Positions 12,353-22,920 of a stretch of DNA of 64,000 nucleotides are shown here, in pieces. The notes under the pieces are model-generated. The model saw nothing but the letters and a program-made list of their open reading frames with translations. It was not told where the DNA came from and did not search any database. The position numbers and the translations under genes are program-made. The DNA comes from Microgenomates group bacterium (lineage in GTDB: Bacteria > Patescibacteriota > Microgenomatia > UBA10105 > UBA927), in NCBI GenBank assembly GCA_049287205.1, contig JBAQFJ010000001.1, positions 447,041 through 511,040 of the forward strand, given 5' to 3'. The stretch's first letter is position 1; each line of letters begins with the position of its first letter.

Positions 12353-12682
12353 TTATGTCTTTGCGCCTTTAATAATTTCTTTAATGACTGCTATAAAATT
12401 GATAATCGATATCACGATTCCAAGTACTAATCCTATCATCGTCATTTTTGGATATGACACCCATTTGGTATCCAGATATGATCCAAGGGCGGCACCTCCC
12501 GCAATAGGAAGTGCAATCATAAACCCAACTTGACCCACGTATCCAATATAAAAAAGAGCCGGTTTTTCCTGTTTCAAACCCGTACGTTTTTTGGGAAGTA
12601 TCTTCTCAATAAGTTCATCTTCATACACTGATACTTCGTATCGCTTTCCCGCTTTTTTTGTGTCTTCTGTTATGTTCACCAT
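12353..12682 (-). CDS. AtpZ/AtpI-like small membrane protein of the atp operon
   Basis: 109 aa; two TM helices with GGAALGSYLDTKW resembling the AtpZ motif; first gene of the atp operon. Confidence 0.6.
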   Translation of the reverse strand: MVNITEDTKKAGKRYEVSVYEDELIEKILPKKRTGLKQEKPALFYIGYVGQVGFMIALPIAGGAALGSYLDTKWVSYPKMTMIGLVLGIVISIINFIAVIKEIIKGAKT

Positions 12683-12748
12683 TAAAGAAATAAACCGGTT
12701 TGCGGTCTATTTATACAGATGTATTGTAAAAAAAATTGACTTATCGTG

Positions 12749-15700
12749 TCAACGGTCAAAATCTATTTTCTTCACACCATCAACAAGTAGTGTCTTTTTT
12801 TCATCTTTTTCGTCAATTTTTCCGCTGATATCAACCACCGTATCAGGGATCCACATACTACTTGTGGTCGCAAAAATCTTTGGAAATACAACAACTTCTA
12901 TTGTTCCCGACAAATCTTCCACACGGACAAACGCCATTTCATTATTTCCCGCCTTGGTAAAAATCTTTTTTACATTCACGATGATCCCCGCTATATGGCT
13001 GCGCGTCCCGACATCTTCTTCCGTAATCTCTCCGATTGGTTTTGCCTGCACTATGGCAAGCTGTTTTTCATAGGAAGAAAGCGGGTGCGCTGTTAAGTAG
13101 AATCCCAAAAGTTCTTTTTCATAGGTCAGCAGTTCATTGCTCGGCAATTCCTGAATGTCAGGAACAGGAATTTCATGCACTGCAGTTGCAGACCCTGCCT
13201 CATCATCAAACAATCCAGATTGTCCCTTATCCGCATCCTTTTGCTTTTTATGTAAAACATCAACTATTTCAGGGAGTATCAACAGCATTGCTGAACGCTT
13301 TCCGAATTGTTCGAGTGCCCCTGCTTTAATTAAGCTCTCAACCGTTTTTTTATTTACTTTTGAAAGATCGACCCTTGCGAGAAAATCATAAAATGAATGA
13401 AAAGGACTCCCGTCCGTACGTGCCGCAAGAATACTTTCAATGGCCGCCTCACCGACATTTTTAATGGCGGAAAGCCCAAAACGAATATTCGCTCCTTCTA
13501 CGGAAAATTCCATTTCTGACGCATTAATGTCTGGAGTAAGAATTGGCAAGCCCATTCTGCGGCATTCCGTGACAATATTCGATATTTTTTCATCTCTAAG
13601 GGGGCCTGTGTTTGCACGGGACTCAGCAGTTAACACTGCTGTCATATACTCAACCGTATAGTTTGCTTTCAAATACGCCGTCTGATATGCGATCATTGCA
13701 TAACAGGCGGCATGTGCCTTATTAAACCCATATCCGGCAAACGGTTCAATCAGATTAAATATTTCTTCAGATTTTTTTGATGGAAGACCGTTCTTTACAC
13801 AACCGGCGATAAAATTTTCCCGCTGTTTCTTCATTTCCGTAGGAATTTTCTTTCCTACAGCTTTCCTCAGCTTATCGGCATCGCCCCACGAATAACCCGC
13901 GAGAGTAATGGCAGTCAGCAACACATCATCCTGATACGCGATAATGCCGTATGACTGTTTTAATACATCTTTGAGTCTTGGATCCGGATACACAATTTGT
14001 GACGGATCATGTTTCCGTTTAATGAACTCGGGAATCACCTGCATCGGACCAGGACGGAACAATGCGACCATTGCCATGACGTCAAATATTGTTGTTGGTG
14101 CAAGCTCTTTTAAATACCTGCGCATGCCGGCAGACTCCAGCTGAAAAATGCCTGTTGTCTCGGCGCGAGCCAGCATTTTGTATGTTTTTTTGTCATCGAG
14201 CGGAATATGCTCTAAGTCAATCTGTATCCCTCGCGTACGGTTGATAATCGCAAGCGCTTGTGTCATGATCGTCAAATTCCGGAGTCCCAAAAAGTCCATT
14301 TTTAAAAGTCCCACGCCATATTCTCCGACGGTATACATGTCATATTGCGTAATAATTTTTTCGCCTCTTGCCTCACGTTGAATCGGTGTATGGTCGGTAA
14401 GTGGCGCATCGGAAATCACAACGCCTGCAGCGTGTACAGATGCATGTCGTGCAACGCCTTCCAGTTTTTTGGCAACATCAATTAATCTTTTTGTTTCCGG
14501 CTCGTTTTGATACGCAAGGGCAAGTTCCGGTGATTGGACGAGTGCTTTCTCAAGTGTCATGTTATTACCCTGCACCCCAAGAGGAATCATTTTGGAAAGT
14601 CTGTCTGTTTTTGTATACGGCATACCAAGAGCACGCCCTCCGTCTCGGATCGCCCCCTTTGCTTCCATAGTTCCAAAGGTGATAATCTGTGCCACCTTAT
14701 CACTCCCAAATTTTTGTGTCACATATGCGACGACATCCTCCCGTTTATCATCGGCGAAATCCAGATCAATATCAGGAGCTGACGGACGAAGTGGATTCAA
14801 AAACCGTTCAAACGGCAACTTAAAATAAAACGGATCAAGACCGGTAATATTTAAGATATAACAAATAACCGACCCTGCCGCAGATCCTCTCCCAGGGCCT
14901 ACACCCACACCGTGCGTCTTTGCCCAATTCACAAAATCCTGCACAATCAAGAAATAGGATGTATAATTTTTCTTATTAATAATATCAAGTTCGTACTCAA
15001 TGCGATCACGGATTTCTTTCGTTACTTCTGTATATCGTGTCGGAAGCCGCTCTTCCACCAATTGCCGCAAATAGGTTTCAGGAGTCATTTTGTCAGGCAG
15101 CGGATAGTTTGGTAAATGCCACTCGCCAACGGATAATGTAAGATTGCACATCTTTGCGATGCGTACTGTATTTTCAATCGCTTCCGGATAATCAGCAAAC
15201 AATTCTTTCATCTCTTCGGGAGATCGCATATAAAAATCGGGAGATCCGATCATAGACATGGGGCGGCTTTTTTCCAGCATTGTGTGCTGCGTCTGTATAC
15301 AAAGCAGAATTTCCTGCGCTTCCGCATCATCCGCGTTTACATAATGAATGTCATTGGTCGCAACAATGGGCAATCCCAGCTTTCGTGCGAGTTTTACAAT
15401 TTTTTCTGTCACTTCATCAGTTTCGGGAATATTGACATGACGCTGAATTTCCAGATAATAATGATCATCGCCAAACAATTCCGCATATTGTTTTGCCACT
15501 TTTTCCGCTTCCGCAACCTCATCCCGCATCAACAACTGTGGAATTTGCCCGGCAAGACAGGCGCTCAGACAAATCACTCCTTCGTGATATTTCTTGAGTA
15601 TTTCAAAATCTATACGCGGTTTATAATAAAATCCTTCCACATAGGAAATGGATACGATCTTCATCAGATTTCTATACCCTGTTTCGTTTTCCGCCAAAAG

Positions 15701-15973
15701 TATCAGATGATATGGTTCGACGTCAATTTTTGCCTCTTTATCCAAATGACTACGACGGGCTACATACGTTTCCACACCGATAATCGGCTTAATACCGGCA
15801 ACCACCGCCTTCATGTAAAATTTAAAGCTTCCATACATGGATCCGTGATCCGTGATCGCGAGTGCGTCCATGTCATACGATTTTGCTTTTTCAATAAGGT
15901 AGTCTAATTTTCCCAGACCATCGAGAAGCGAAAATTCGCTATGTGTATGAAGATGTACAAAATCTGCTGCCAT
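12749..15973 (-). CDS. dnaE: DNA polymerase III alpha subunit
   Basis: 1074 aa; N-terminal PHP domain (HLHTHSEFSLLDG), polymerase core and OB-fold region. Confidence 0.95.
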   Translation of the reverse strand: MAADFVHLHTHSEFSLLDGLGKLDYLIEKAKSYDMDALAITDHGSMYGSFKFYMKAVVAGIKPIIGVETYVARRSHLDKEAKIDVEPYHLILLAENETGYRNLMKIVSISYVEGFYYKPRIDFEILKKYHEGVICLSACLAGQIPQLLMRDEVAEAEKVAKQYAELFGDDHYYLEIQRHVNIPETDEVTEKIVKLARKLGLPIVATNDIHYVNADDAEAQEILLCIQTQHTMLEKSRPMSMIGSPDFYMRSPEEMKELFADYPEAIENTVRIAKMCNLTLSVGEWHLPNYPLPDKMTPETYLRQLVEERLPTRYTEVTKEIRDRIEYELDIINKKNYTSYFLIVQDFVNWAKTHGVGVGPGRGSAAGSVICYILNITGLDPFYFKLPFERFLNPLRPSAPDIDLDFADDKREDVVAYVTQKFGSDKVAQIITFGTMEAKGAIRDGGRALGMPYTKTDRLSKMIPLGVQGNNMTLEKALVQSPELALAYQNEPETKRLIDVAKKLEGVARHASVHAAGVVISDAPLTDHTPIQREARGEKIITQYDMYTVGEYGVGLLKMDFLGLRNLTIMTQALAIINRTRGIQIDLEHIPLDDKKTYKMLARAETTGIFQLESAGMRRYLKELAPTTIFDVMAMVALFRPGPMQVIPEFIKRKHDPSQIVYPDPRLKDVLKQSYGIIAYQDDVLLTAITLAGYSWGDADKLRKAVGKKIPTEMKKQRENFIAGCVKNGLPSKKSEEIFNLIEPFAGYGFNKAHAACYAMIAYQTAYLKANYTVEYMTAVLTAESRANTGPLRDEKISNIVTECRRMGLPILTPDINASEMEFSVEGANIRFGLSAIKNVGEAAIESILAARTDGSPFHSFYDFLARVDLSKVNKKTVESLIKAGALEQFGKRSAMLLILPEIVDVLHKKQKDADKGQSGLFDDEAGSATAVHEIPVPDIQELPSNELLTYEKELLGFYLTAHPLSSYEKQLAIVQAKPIGEITEEDVGTRSHIAGIIVNVKKIFTKAGNNEMAFVRVEDLSGTIEVVVFPKIFATTSSMWIPDTVVDISGKIDEKDEKKTLLVDGVKKIDFDR

Positions 15974-15996
15974 ATCTTGATCCGCCTTTGGCGGAA

Positions 15997-17310
15997 TTAC
16001 CCTAACCGTTTTTTAAGCTCTTCTTCAATGAAACTCGCGTCTCCTTTTCCTTTTAATTCTTTTTTCACCATGCCGACCAAAAACATGATAACTGACGTTT
16101 TTCCTTTTTTATAATCTTCAACAGCCTTGGTATTTTCAGAAAGTGCCATGTCAACAGCCGCGATTATACTGACAGTACTCACTGTATTATCTTGTGCCTG
16201 ATTTTGAATCAACTTAATAAAATCCTCCGAAGAAATTTTCGTATAGTCAATTTTCTTATTCACCATCATATTTGCTATCTGTTTATAGAGTGATTGATCA
16301 ACCAATTTCGCTGTCGCGATAAAATATGCTGCTATAGCACCATTTTCTGTGAGTACTGAAATGTCCTGTTCCGACAACCCATATTGTTTCATCTGACCAA
16401 CATATGCATCAGGGAGTTTAGGAATAGTTTTTTTAATCCCCTCGACAAATTCATTTGAAAAATGCATCGACGGAATATCCGGCTCCGGAAAATATCGGTA
16501 ATCATGTGCGTCTTCTTTGCTTCGTTGTGGAAGTGTAACGTTTTGTGATTCACTCCATCCGCGCGTTTGTTGGATTGGTGTTTCCCCTTTGTCCAACATT
16601 TCCGATTGACGCTGTATTTCATACTCAATTGCTTTACGCACAAATCGGAATGAATTAATATTTTTTAGTTCTACTCTATACGGAGGTAATGTGTCAGAAC
16701 CGACTTTTCGAAGAGAAATTGACGGTTCAAGACGCATCGTGCCTTTTTCCATGTCAGCACCAGATACGTCAACATACCGAACAATGCGCTGCAACTTCTT
16801 CACATATTGATCCACTTCATCAATTGAATGAAAATCCGGTTCAGTCACGATTTCAACTAAAGGCACACCGCACCTATTAAAATCAACGAGTGTCAACCGT
16901 TCACCATCGACAGCAACGTGTTGCAATTTCCCCGTATCTTCTTCCTGATGAACTCGAGCGATACGCACTTTACTATCTTTTAGTTGCATCCAACCGTGTT
17001 CGCATAAAGGTTTATCATATTGACTGATTTGATACCCTTTGGCTAGATCTGGATAGAAATAATTTTTTCGGTCAAATTTACTTTCTTCAGGAATTGTGCA
17101 GTTTAACGCCAATCCCAGTTTAATACACCACTCGATCGCTTTTTTATTCGGCACGGGCAATGCTCCAGGAAGCCCAAGACACACAGGACATGTCTGTGTA
17201 TTTGCCTGTTTTCCGAAATGATCTGCGCTGCAACCACAAAACATTTTTGATTGCGTTTTTAATTCAACGTGCACCTCAAGTCCGATAACTGGTTCGTATG
17301 TATTTGCCAT
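15997..17310 (-). CDS. gatB: Asp-tRNA(Asn)/Glu-tRNA(Gln) amidotransferase subunit B
   Basis: 437 aa; EPVIGLEVHVEL...CGCS...CPVCLGLPGALP is the GatB signature. Confidence 0.95.
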   Translation of the reverse strand: MANTYEPVIGLEVHVELKTQSKMFCGCSADHFGKQANTQTCPVCLGLPGALPVPNKKAIEWCIKLGLALNCTIPEESKFDRKNYFYPDLAKGYQISQYDKPLCEHGWMQLKDSKVRIARVHQEEDTGKLQHVAVDGERLTLVDFNRCGVPLVEIVTEPDFHSIDEVDQYVKKLQRIVRYVDVSGADMEKGTMRLEPSISLRKVGSDTLPPYRVELKNINSFRFVRKAIEYEIQRQSEMLDKGETPIQQTRGWSESQNVTLPQRSKEDAHDYRYFPEPDIPSMHFSNEFVEGIKKTIPKLPDAYVGQMKQYGLSEQDISVLTENGAIAAYFIATAKLVDQSLYKQIANMMVNKKIDYTKISSEDFIKLIQNQAQDNTVSTVSIIAAVDMALSENTKAVEDYKKGKTSVIMFLVGMVKKELKGKGDASFIEEELKKRLG

Positions 17311-17311
17311 A

Positions 17312-18727
17312 TTATGTTGTTGTTGGCGGCTTCATGGTATGCCATGGTGTCACCTGCTGATACTGATGCCCGATGCGCAATAATAACTCTTCAGAAAACA
17401 TTGATCCGACAATTTGCATACCAATCGGTAATTTTGATTTCGTAAATCCGCACGGCAAAGCAAGTGACGGTACTCCGACGGGATTCTGTGTTACTGTATA
17501 GGCATCTGCAAGAAGATTTTGTAAAGGATCGCTCACAAGCTCTCCCAATTTTGTCGCTACCATCGGCATGACAGGCATAATGAGTGCCGTACATTCCTTC
17601 AAAGCCTTTTGATATTCCTTAATAAACATGGTTCGTGCTTTTTGCGCCTGATGATAAAACGCGTCATAATAGCCGGCAGATAATGCGTACGTACCAATCA
17701 TAATTCTCCGCATCGTTTCCTCGGTAAAATGTGTCCTGTCATTCCCAAACCGTATGCCGTCATACCGTGCAAGATTTGAACTAGTTTCCGACGGGCCGAT
17801 CAAATAATAAATAGGAAGTCCATATTCAAACATCGGCATGGAAATTGGCTTGCACTTCACGCCAAGTTTTTCAAATTCTTTTACCGCAGTATCTATTGCT
17901 GTTTTTATTTCTGGATCTAGACCCTCGCCAAAAAATTCTTTCGGAATACCAATCGTGACATCATCAATTTTTTTCTGTAATCCCTTTGCATATGCAGGCA
18001 CTGGCATCGGAGAACTGGTTGCGTCATGCGGATCAACTCCAGCGATTGTCTCTAAAATATATGCACAATCTTCTGCAGTTTTTCCCATTGGCCCAACTGT
18101 ATCAAATGACGACGCGTAGGCAATTGATCCGTATCGCGACACCCGACCGTACGTAACTTTGAGTCCTGTGGTGTTGCACCAAGCGGAAGGATTCCTAATA
18201 GATCCTCCTGTGTCTTCACCTATTGCAAATGGTGTCATACGACTTGCAATTGACGCAGCACATCCACCGCTTGATCCGCCTGCTGAACGCTCTACATCCC
18301 AAGGATTATGTACTGGCTCAAAATCAGTGTTTTCAGATGTGCTTCCGTGGCCCCATGCATCCATATTCGTTTTACCAAGAAGAATTGACCCCGCGGACAA
18401 CAATTTGTCATACACCGTCGCGTTATATGGTGGAATAAAACCCTTCAAAACGTTGGAGGCGCACGTAGTTATAACATCTTTCGTTACATATGCATCCTTC
18501 AATGCAAAAGGTATTCCATGAAGCACAGATGACTCATCTGTTCTATTGGCATCACTTTGTTTGGCGGCTTCCACAACAGTCTTCTCATCAGCAACGGTTA
18601 TAAACGAGTTTATAGCCGCATCATGCGCTTTGATCGAACCAAGGCACTCTTTTACAATATCTTCCGAAGAAAATTCTTTCTTTCGTAAACCGATAGATAA
18701 TTCTTTGATTGTTTTATCAACTAACAT
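17312..18727 (-). CDS. gatA: Glu-tRNA(Gln) amidotransferase subunit A (amidase)
   Basis: 471 aa; amidase signature GGSSGGCAASIA and Ser-cisSer-Lys context. Confidence 0.95.
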   Translation of the reverse strand: MLVDKTIKELSIGLRKKEFSSEDIVKECLGSIKAHDAAINSFITVADEKTVVEAAKQSDANRTDESSVLHGIPFALKDAYVTKDVITTCASNVLKGFIPPYNATVYDKLLSAGSILLGKTNMDAWGHGSTSENTDFEPVHNPWDVERSAGGSSGGCAASIASRMTPFAIGEDTGGSIRNPSAWCNTTGLKVTYGRVSRYGSIAYASSFDTVGPMGKTAEDCAYILETIAGVDPHDATSSPMPVPAYAKGLQKKIDDVTIGIPKEFFGEGLDPEIKTAIDTAVKEFEKLGVKCKPISMPMFEYGLPIYYLIGPSETSSNLARYDGIRFGNDRTHFTEETMRRIMIGTYALSAGYYDAFYHQAQKARTMFIKEYQKALKECTALIMPVMPMVATKLGELVSDPLQNLLADAYTVTQNPVGVPSLALPCGFTKSKLPIGMQIVGSMFSEELLLRIGHQYQQVTPWHTMKPPTTT

Positions 18728-18732
18728 AGGTA

Positions 18733-19032
18733 TTATTCAAACACTGCCGGTACCACAAAATATCCGTTATATGTTCTCTTCGCGTTCTGTAACGCCTCTT
18801 CCTGAGTGAATGTCCGTTTCTGATCAATGATATCTTCACGAAATACATTGGAAAGTCCCGTAACTTGTGCAGTTTCAGCAACTCCATCAGTATTTAGTGA
18901 TTGAATTTTTGCCATATATCCCAACACAGATGAAAGTTGTGAAGAAAATTTTTCTTTTTGTGCATCTGTTATCTGCAAATTTGCTAATGCCGCAATATGA
19001 GCTACGTCAATAATAGATTTATTCGATTGCAT
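18733..19032 (-). CDS. gatC: Glu-tRNA(Gln) amidotransferase subunit C
   Basis: 99 aa; immediately upstream of gatA; GatC-like IDVAHIAALANLQITDAQKEKF. Confidence 0.85.
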   Translation of the reverse strand: MQSNKSIIDVAHIAALANLQITDAQKEKFSSQLSSVLGYMAKIQSLNTDGVAETAQVTGLSNVFREDIIDQKRTFTQEEALQNAKRTYNGYFVVPAVFE

Positions 19033-19062
19033 ACTTACCCCATTCTACCGTAAAATATTCTC

Positions 19063-19356
19063 ATGCGCCAATATCAACTTACGTATCAAACCATGATCGA
19101 TGAAAATAAAAAAAAGTTTGATGACTTTTTTAAAATCCACGAGCGGTATGTTGCTGACCCTAAGGCAAATCAAGCTGAGTTTACTGCTGTCGGAAGAGAA
19201 ATCCAAGATATCATTCATGATTATGAACGCAGACTCTGCGGAAAAACTGAAGGTGGTATGTACAGCAAATTTTCACAAAATCTTTCAGAAAAGTTTTGGG
19301 AAATCATCCGCAAAGATTTTCCGAAAATTGATTACATCGGCGTCACGATGTCCTAA
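19063..19356 (+). CDS. hypothetical small protein (97 aa), opposite strand, wedged between gatC and gatD
   Basis: Clean ORF with non-repetitive, protein-like composition (MRQYQLTYQTMIDENKKKFDDFFKIHERYVADP...); no recognisable motif. Confidence 0.4.
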   Translation: MRQYQLTYQTMIDENKKKFDDFFKIHERYVADPKANQAEFTAVGREIQDIIHDYERRLCGKTEGGMYSKFSQNLSEKFWEIIRKDFPKIDYIGVTMS

Positions 19357-20135
19357 ACGCCGAGTCTTCCAAGCATCACGTCGTGCGCTTGCCACATAAG
19401 CGCATCATCTAGTTTTGAAAGTTTTATTTTCTTTTTGTATTTTATTTCCAGTGTTTTTGAAATTAACCAATCAGCAATATGAGGATTTTTTGATAGAAGT
19501 GGCCCGTGTGAATACGTTGCTATCCAATTTTTATACACTGCTCCTTCTGTTTTATCTTCCCCGTTGTTGCCATTCCCGACAAGTACAGTACCAAATGGTT
19601 GAAGTCCGGCACCCAAATATGTTCTCCCTCCGTGATTTTCAAAACCAACTACGGTATTTTTGTACGGAAGATCATCTGTTTTATACGCATCTGTTATCGA
19701 AATAACCATATTACCGATACACCGTGGTTTATCATTTCCAAAATGTCGCGATTCCATATCAAACAGTCCTAAGCCTTCCAGTTTCTTTCCATCACCCGTC
19801 ATATAATAGTGGCCTAAAAGTTGCGGCGAACCGCACACAAAAAGTCCGGGGATATTGTTGTCGAGAAAACTCTTTAATGTTGGACCTTTTCGTTTTCGAA
19901 GATCATCAATTAAAATTCCTTGCTGCCTATCCTGTGCGCCTCCGCCAAACACCATGTCAACTCGTGCAATATCCTTCTCGCCGGCCTGAAAATCAATTGG
20001 TCGAATGCCACAGCCGATTCCACGCAATGTACACCGCTTTTGGAGCACCAACAAATTCCCTCTGTCACCATACGTCGACATCAGCTCTGGATATAGCCAA
20101 CCAATCGTGATCGTGTATTCTTTTTTTGTTTTCAT
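19353..20135 (-). CDS. gatD: lipid II isoglutaminyl synthase, glutaminase subunit GatD (CobB/CobQ-type GATase)
   Basis: 260 aa; type-1 GATase nucleophile context GLFVCGSPQLLG and downstream ENHGGRTY (His); 4-nt overlap with the murT stop, as in the known murT-gatD pair. Confidence 0.8.
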   Translation of the reverse strand: MKTKKEYTITIGWLYPELMSTYGDRGNLLVLQKRCTLRGIGCGIRPIDFQAGEKDIARVDMVFGGGAQDRQQGILIDDLRKRKGPTLKSFLDNNIPGLFVCGSPQLLGHYYMTGDGKKLEGLGLFDMESRHFGNDKPRCIGNMVISITDAYKTDDLPYKNTVVGFENHGGRTYLGAGLQPFGTVLVGNGNNGEDKTEGAVYKNWIATYSHGPLLSKNPHIADWLISKTLEIKYKKKIKLSKLDDALMWQAHDVMLGRLGV

Positions 20136-21448
20136 AAGATCTTTTTTCCAGTGATAATTTTCCGTACATCAAGCATTGCGGAATACGTTGCAAGAATCCA
20201 TAGTGTTTCATCTGTTTTTGCCAGTCTCACAACGTTTTCAATTGCAGATTCCAAATGGTCATCATGTTCTATATGTGTGTGTTTCTCATCAGTTGCATAG
20301 TTGATGCGTATTGCCATATCGTACGTTCTGTCACCGGAAATCATCAGTGGAAATGGATAGTTTTTTAATTGTTCGAAATCCACATCCCAAATCCAACTGA
20401 CATCCGTGCCATCTGGAGTACGATCATTCAAAACAATCAACATTGGCCCCTTTTTATCTGAAGCAAGTACTGTACGCAGTGATTCATTAAAACCTGTCGG
20501 ATTTTTTGACAGCAAAATGCGAATTGACACTCCTTTATATACCACTTCCTCCATCCGACCAAACGCAGGCTGAAAGGTGTCTAAACTTTTTTGAATAAGA
20601 CCCGAATCTATATGAAGCACTTCGGAGGCGGCAGCTGCAGCTAACGTATTGTATATATTGTAGACACCTTCAAGCGGTGATGTGTAGCTTGCTGCAGTAA
20701 GGAGTATGTCAGGATGCGTAAATCCGCACGCACCGCACGCCCATTTCCCTAAGTGCGAAAAATACACACCCCCAAATGTGAGCCTATGCCCACATTTCGG
20801 ACAATAAATCGAGTCTGTCGCATGCTGCATCTTCGGCAAATAATATGTTGGATCTTCCAGACCAATATAAACAACGCGTGAATGCAATTTTTCAGTAACT
20901 GCCGCAATTGTCGGATCATCACCATTTGCCACAATCGTCGTTTCTTCGGAAAGTGTAACAAGCAAAGACCGCCAAGATGAACCAATTGTGTCAACCTCAC
21001 CGTACCGATCAAGCTGATCACGGAATAAATTCATGAGTACCAACACACTAGGATGAATAAAGCGAAGCAATCTCGGCAAAGAATTTTCATCAACTTCAAA
21101 AACCGCGAAGTCTGTTTTTTTCCATGAATGGAAAAATGAAGAAACAATGCCGTTTACTAAATTTGCCCCGCTTGTATTATGAAGCACGGTATACCCTGAA
21201 GATTTCAAAATGCCAGCAATCATAAGTGAGGTGGTTGTTTTTCCGTTCGTGCCTGCAACACAAATAATTCCTTTTGTGACACGTTTTTTTAAGACCGTGA
21301 GGAGACTTGGATATATGCGAAGTGCGATTTCTCCGGGCCATGTAGAACCTGCTCCATATCTGAGTATGCGGGCAATCCAAGAAACAAACATTCCCATGCT
21401 AACTGCGATGAAATACCGTACACTATTCATTTCTTTTATTATACTCAC
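20132..21448 (-). CDS. murT: lipid II isoglutaminyl synthase, Mur-ligase-like subunit MurT
   Basis: 438 aa; Mur ligase P-loop GTNGKTTT, four-Cys zinc ribbon CPKCGHRLTF...CGACG, and DUF1727-like C-terminus. Confidence 0.85.
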   Translation of the reverse strand: MSIIKEMNSVRYFIAVSMGMFVSWIARILRYGAGSTWPGEIALRIYPSLLTVLKKRVTKGIICVAGTNGKTTTSLMIAGILKSSGYTVLHNTSGANLVNGIVSSFFHSWKKTDFAVFEVDENSLPRLLRFIHPSVLVLMNLFRDQLDRYGEVDTIGSSWRSLLVTLSEETTIVANGDDPTIAAVTEKLHSRVVYIGLEDPTYYLPKMQHATDSIYCPKCGHRLTFGGVYFSHLGKWACGACGFTHPDILLTAASYTSPLEGVYNIYNTLAAAAASEVLHIDSGLIQKSLDTFQPAFGRMEEVVYKGVSIRILLSKNPTGFNESLRTVLASDKKGPMLIVLNDRTPDGTDVSWIWDVDFEQLKNYPFPLMISGDRTYDMAIRINYATDEKHTHIEHDDHLESAIENVVRLAKTDETLWILATYSAMLDVRKIITGKKIL

Positions 21449-22332
21449 ATTGACCGAAGTATTTTAATTCGTTCTGTTATCGGCGGGTGGGTATCAAACA
21501 GTCCTGCAAACCACACTTTTGATTTCTTGTTCTTAAACGGATTGGAAATGAATAAATGTGCCGTTGCTGTAGTCGCTTTTTTCATACCAACTGATTCTTT
21601 TGAAATTTTTTCAAGCGCTCGCGCTAATCCTTCAGGATATCGTGTCGTCAATGCAGCTGTCGCATCAGCCAAATACTCACGCTTTCTGGATATCGCAAGC
21701 TGAATAAGAGAAGCAATGAGCGGGGAAATAATTGCAAGAACAATACCGATGATCATGAAAATCCCTCCATCTTTCCGGTCACTATCCCGATCCCTCCACC
21801 AAAGATTTCTCATAAACAAATCGGATGCATATGCAATCGTACCAACTAAGACCGCTACTATTGCCATCAGACGGATGTCATAATTTTTTACATGGCTCAT
21901 TTCATGAGCAACAACCCCTTCAATTTCTCTTCGATCAAGTTTTTTAAGAAGCCCAACTGTAGCACACACAACCGCATGCTTTGGATCTCTGCCTGTTGCA
22001 AATGCATTCATCGCCATATCTTCAATCACATAGAGCTTGGGCGCCGGTACTCCTGCTGCTATACTGACATTTTCTGCTACAGTATAAAAATCAAAATCAG
22101 TCTCTCTGTTGGCGGGACGTGCACCGGACATGGCAAGGACGATAGAATCACCAAAATACAGACTCACAACACTGGAAATAACGGAGAATATAATTGCGTA
22201 TCCGACGAATGAATCACCATATCCGTATGCGTTACCAAACACGTACGCAATTCCTACGACGAGTGCAATAAACACTGCCATGAACAGGTATGAGCGCACA
22301 ATATTCGACTGAATTTGTGATCGAATTGACAT
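21445..22332 (-). CDS. htpX: M48 zinc metalloprotease HtpX
   Basis: 295 aa; HEMSHVKNYD (HExxH) and four TM segments; classical pairing with upstream LemA. Confidence 0.9.
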   Translation of the reverse strand: MSIRSQIQSNIVRSYLFMAVFIALVVGIAYVFGNAYGYGDSFVGYAIIFSVISSVVSLYFGDSIVLAMSGARPANRETDFDFYTVAENVSIAAGVPAPKLYVIEDMAMNAFATGRDPKHAVVCATVGLLKKLDRREIEGVVAHEMSHVKNYDIRLMAIVAVLVGTIAYASDLFMRNLWWRDRDSDRKDGGIFMIIGIVLAIISPLIASLIQLAISRKREYLADATAALTTRYPEGLARALEKISKESVGMKKATTATAHLFISNPFKNKKSKVWFAGLFDTHPPITERIKILRSM

Positions 22333-22356
22333 GTAAGATGCCTAAAGTATCGCGTT

Positions 22357-22908
22357 TTAGAAATCGACTTTTACTGCGTCCCGTTCTGCTCCTTCGGTCT
22401 TGAAGAACGGTTTTTCAGTAAAACCAAATGCCCCCGCAAGAAGCACATTCGGGAACACTTTCACTTTCACGTTATAATCCATCACTGTGGAATTATAGAA
22501 CTGTCTGGAATAGGCAACTTTGTCTTCTGTGTCTCCTAATTCCTTTTGGAGCTGTAAGAAATTTTCATTTGCTTTCAGTTGCGGATACGCCTCAGCGACA
22601 GCAAATAATGATTTGAGAGCGCCTGTTAACTGATCATTTGCTTTTGCCATTTTTTCAGGGCTTCCTGCATTCATAAGTGCAGTTCGTGCTTTTGTCACGT
22701 TTTCAAATACAGTTTTTTCATGTTTTGCATATCCTTTGACGGATGCAACTAAATTTGGGATTAAATCGGTTCTGCGCTTCAGCTGTACATCAATCTGACT
22801 CCATGCTTCATCAATTTGTGTTTTCATTGTAATGAGGCCGTTATACAGACCCCAGATGAAGACAATGAGCAGTACTGCTGCGATTCCTATAATAAGTAAT
22901 GGTGACAT
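22357..22908 (-). CDS. lemA: LemA family protein
   Basis: 183 aa; N-terminal TM plus a LemA-like body ([32 protein letters not shown]...[13 protein letters not shown]). Confidence 0.85.
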   Translation of the reverse strand: MSPLLIIGIAAVLLIVFIWGLYNGLITMKTQIDEAWSQIDVQLKRRTDLIPNLVASVKGYAKHEKTVFENVTKARTALMNAGSPEKMAKANDQLTGALKSLFAVAEAYPQLKANENFLQLQKELGDTEDKVAYSRQFYNSTVMDYNVKVKVFPNVLLAGAFGFTEKPFFKTEGAERDAVKVDF

Positions 22909-22920
22909 AACGTTCCTCCT

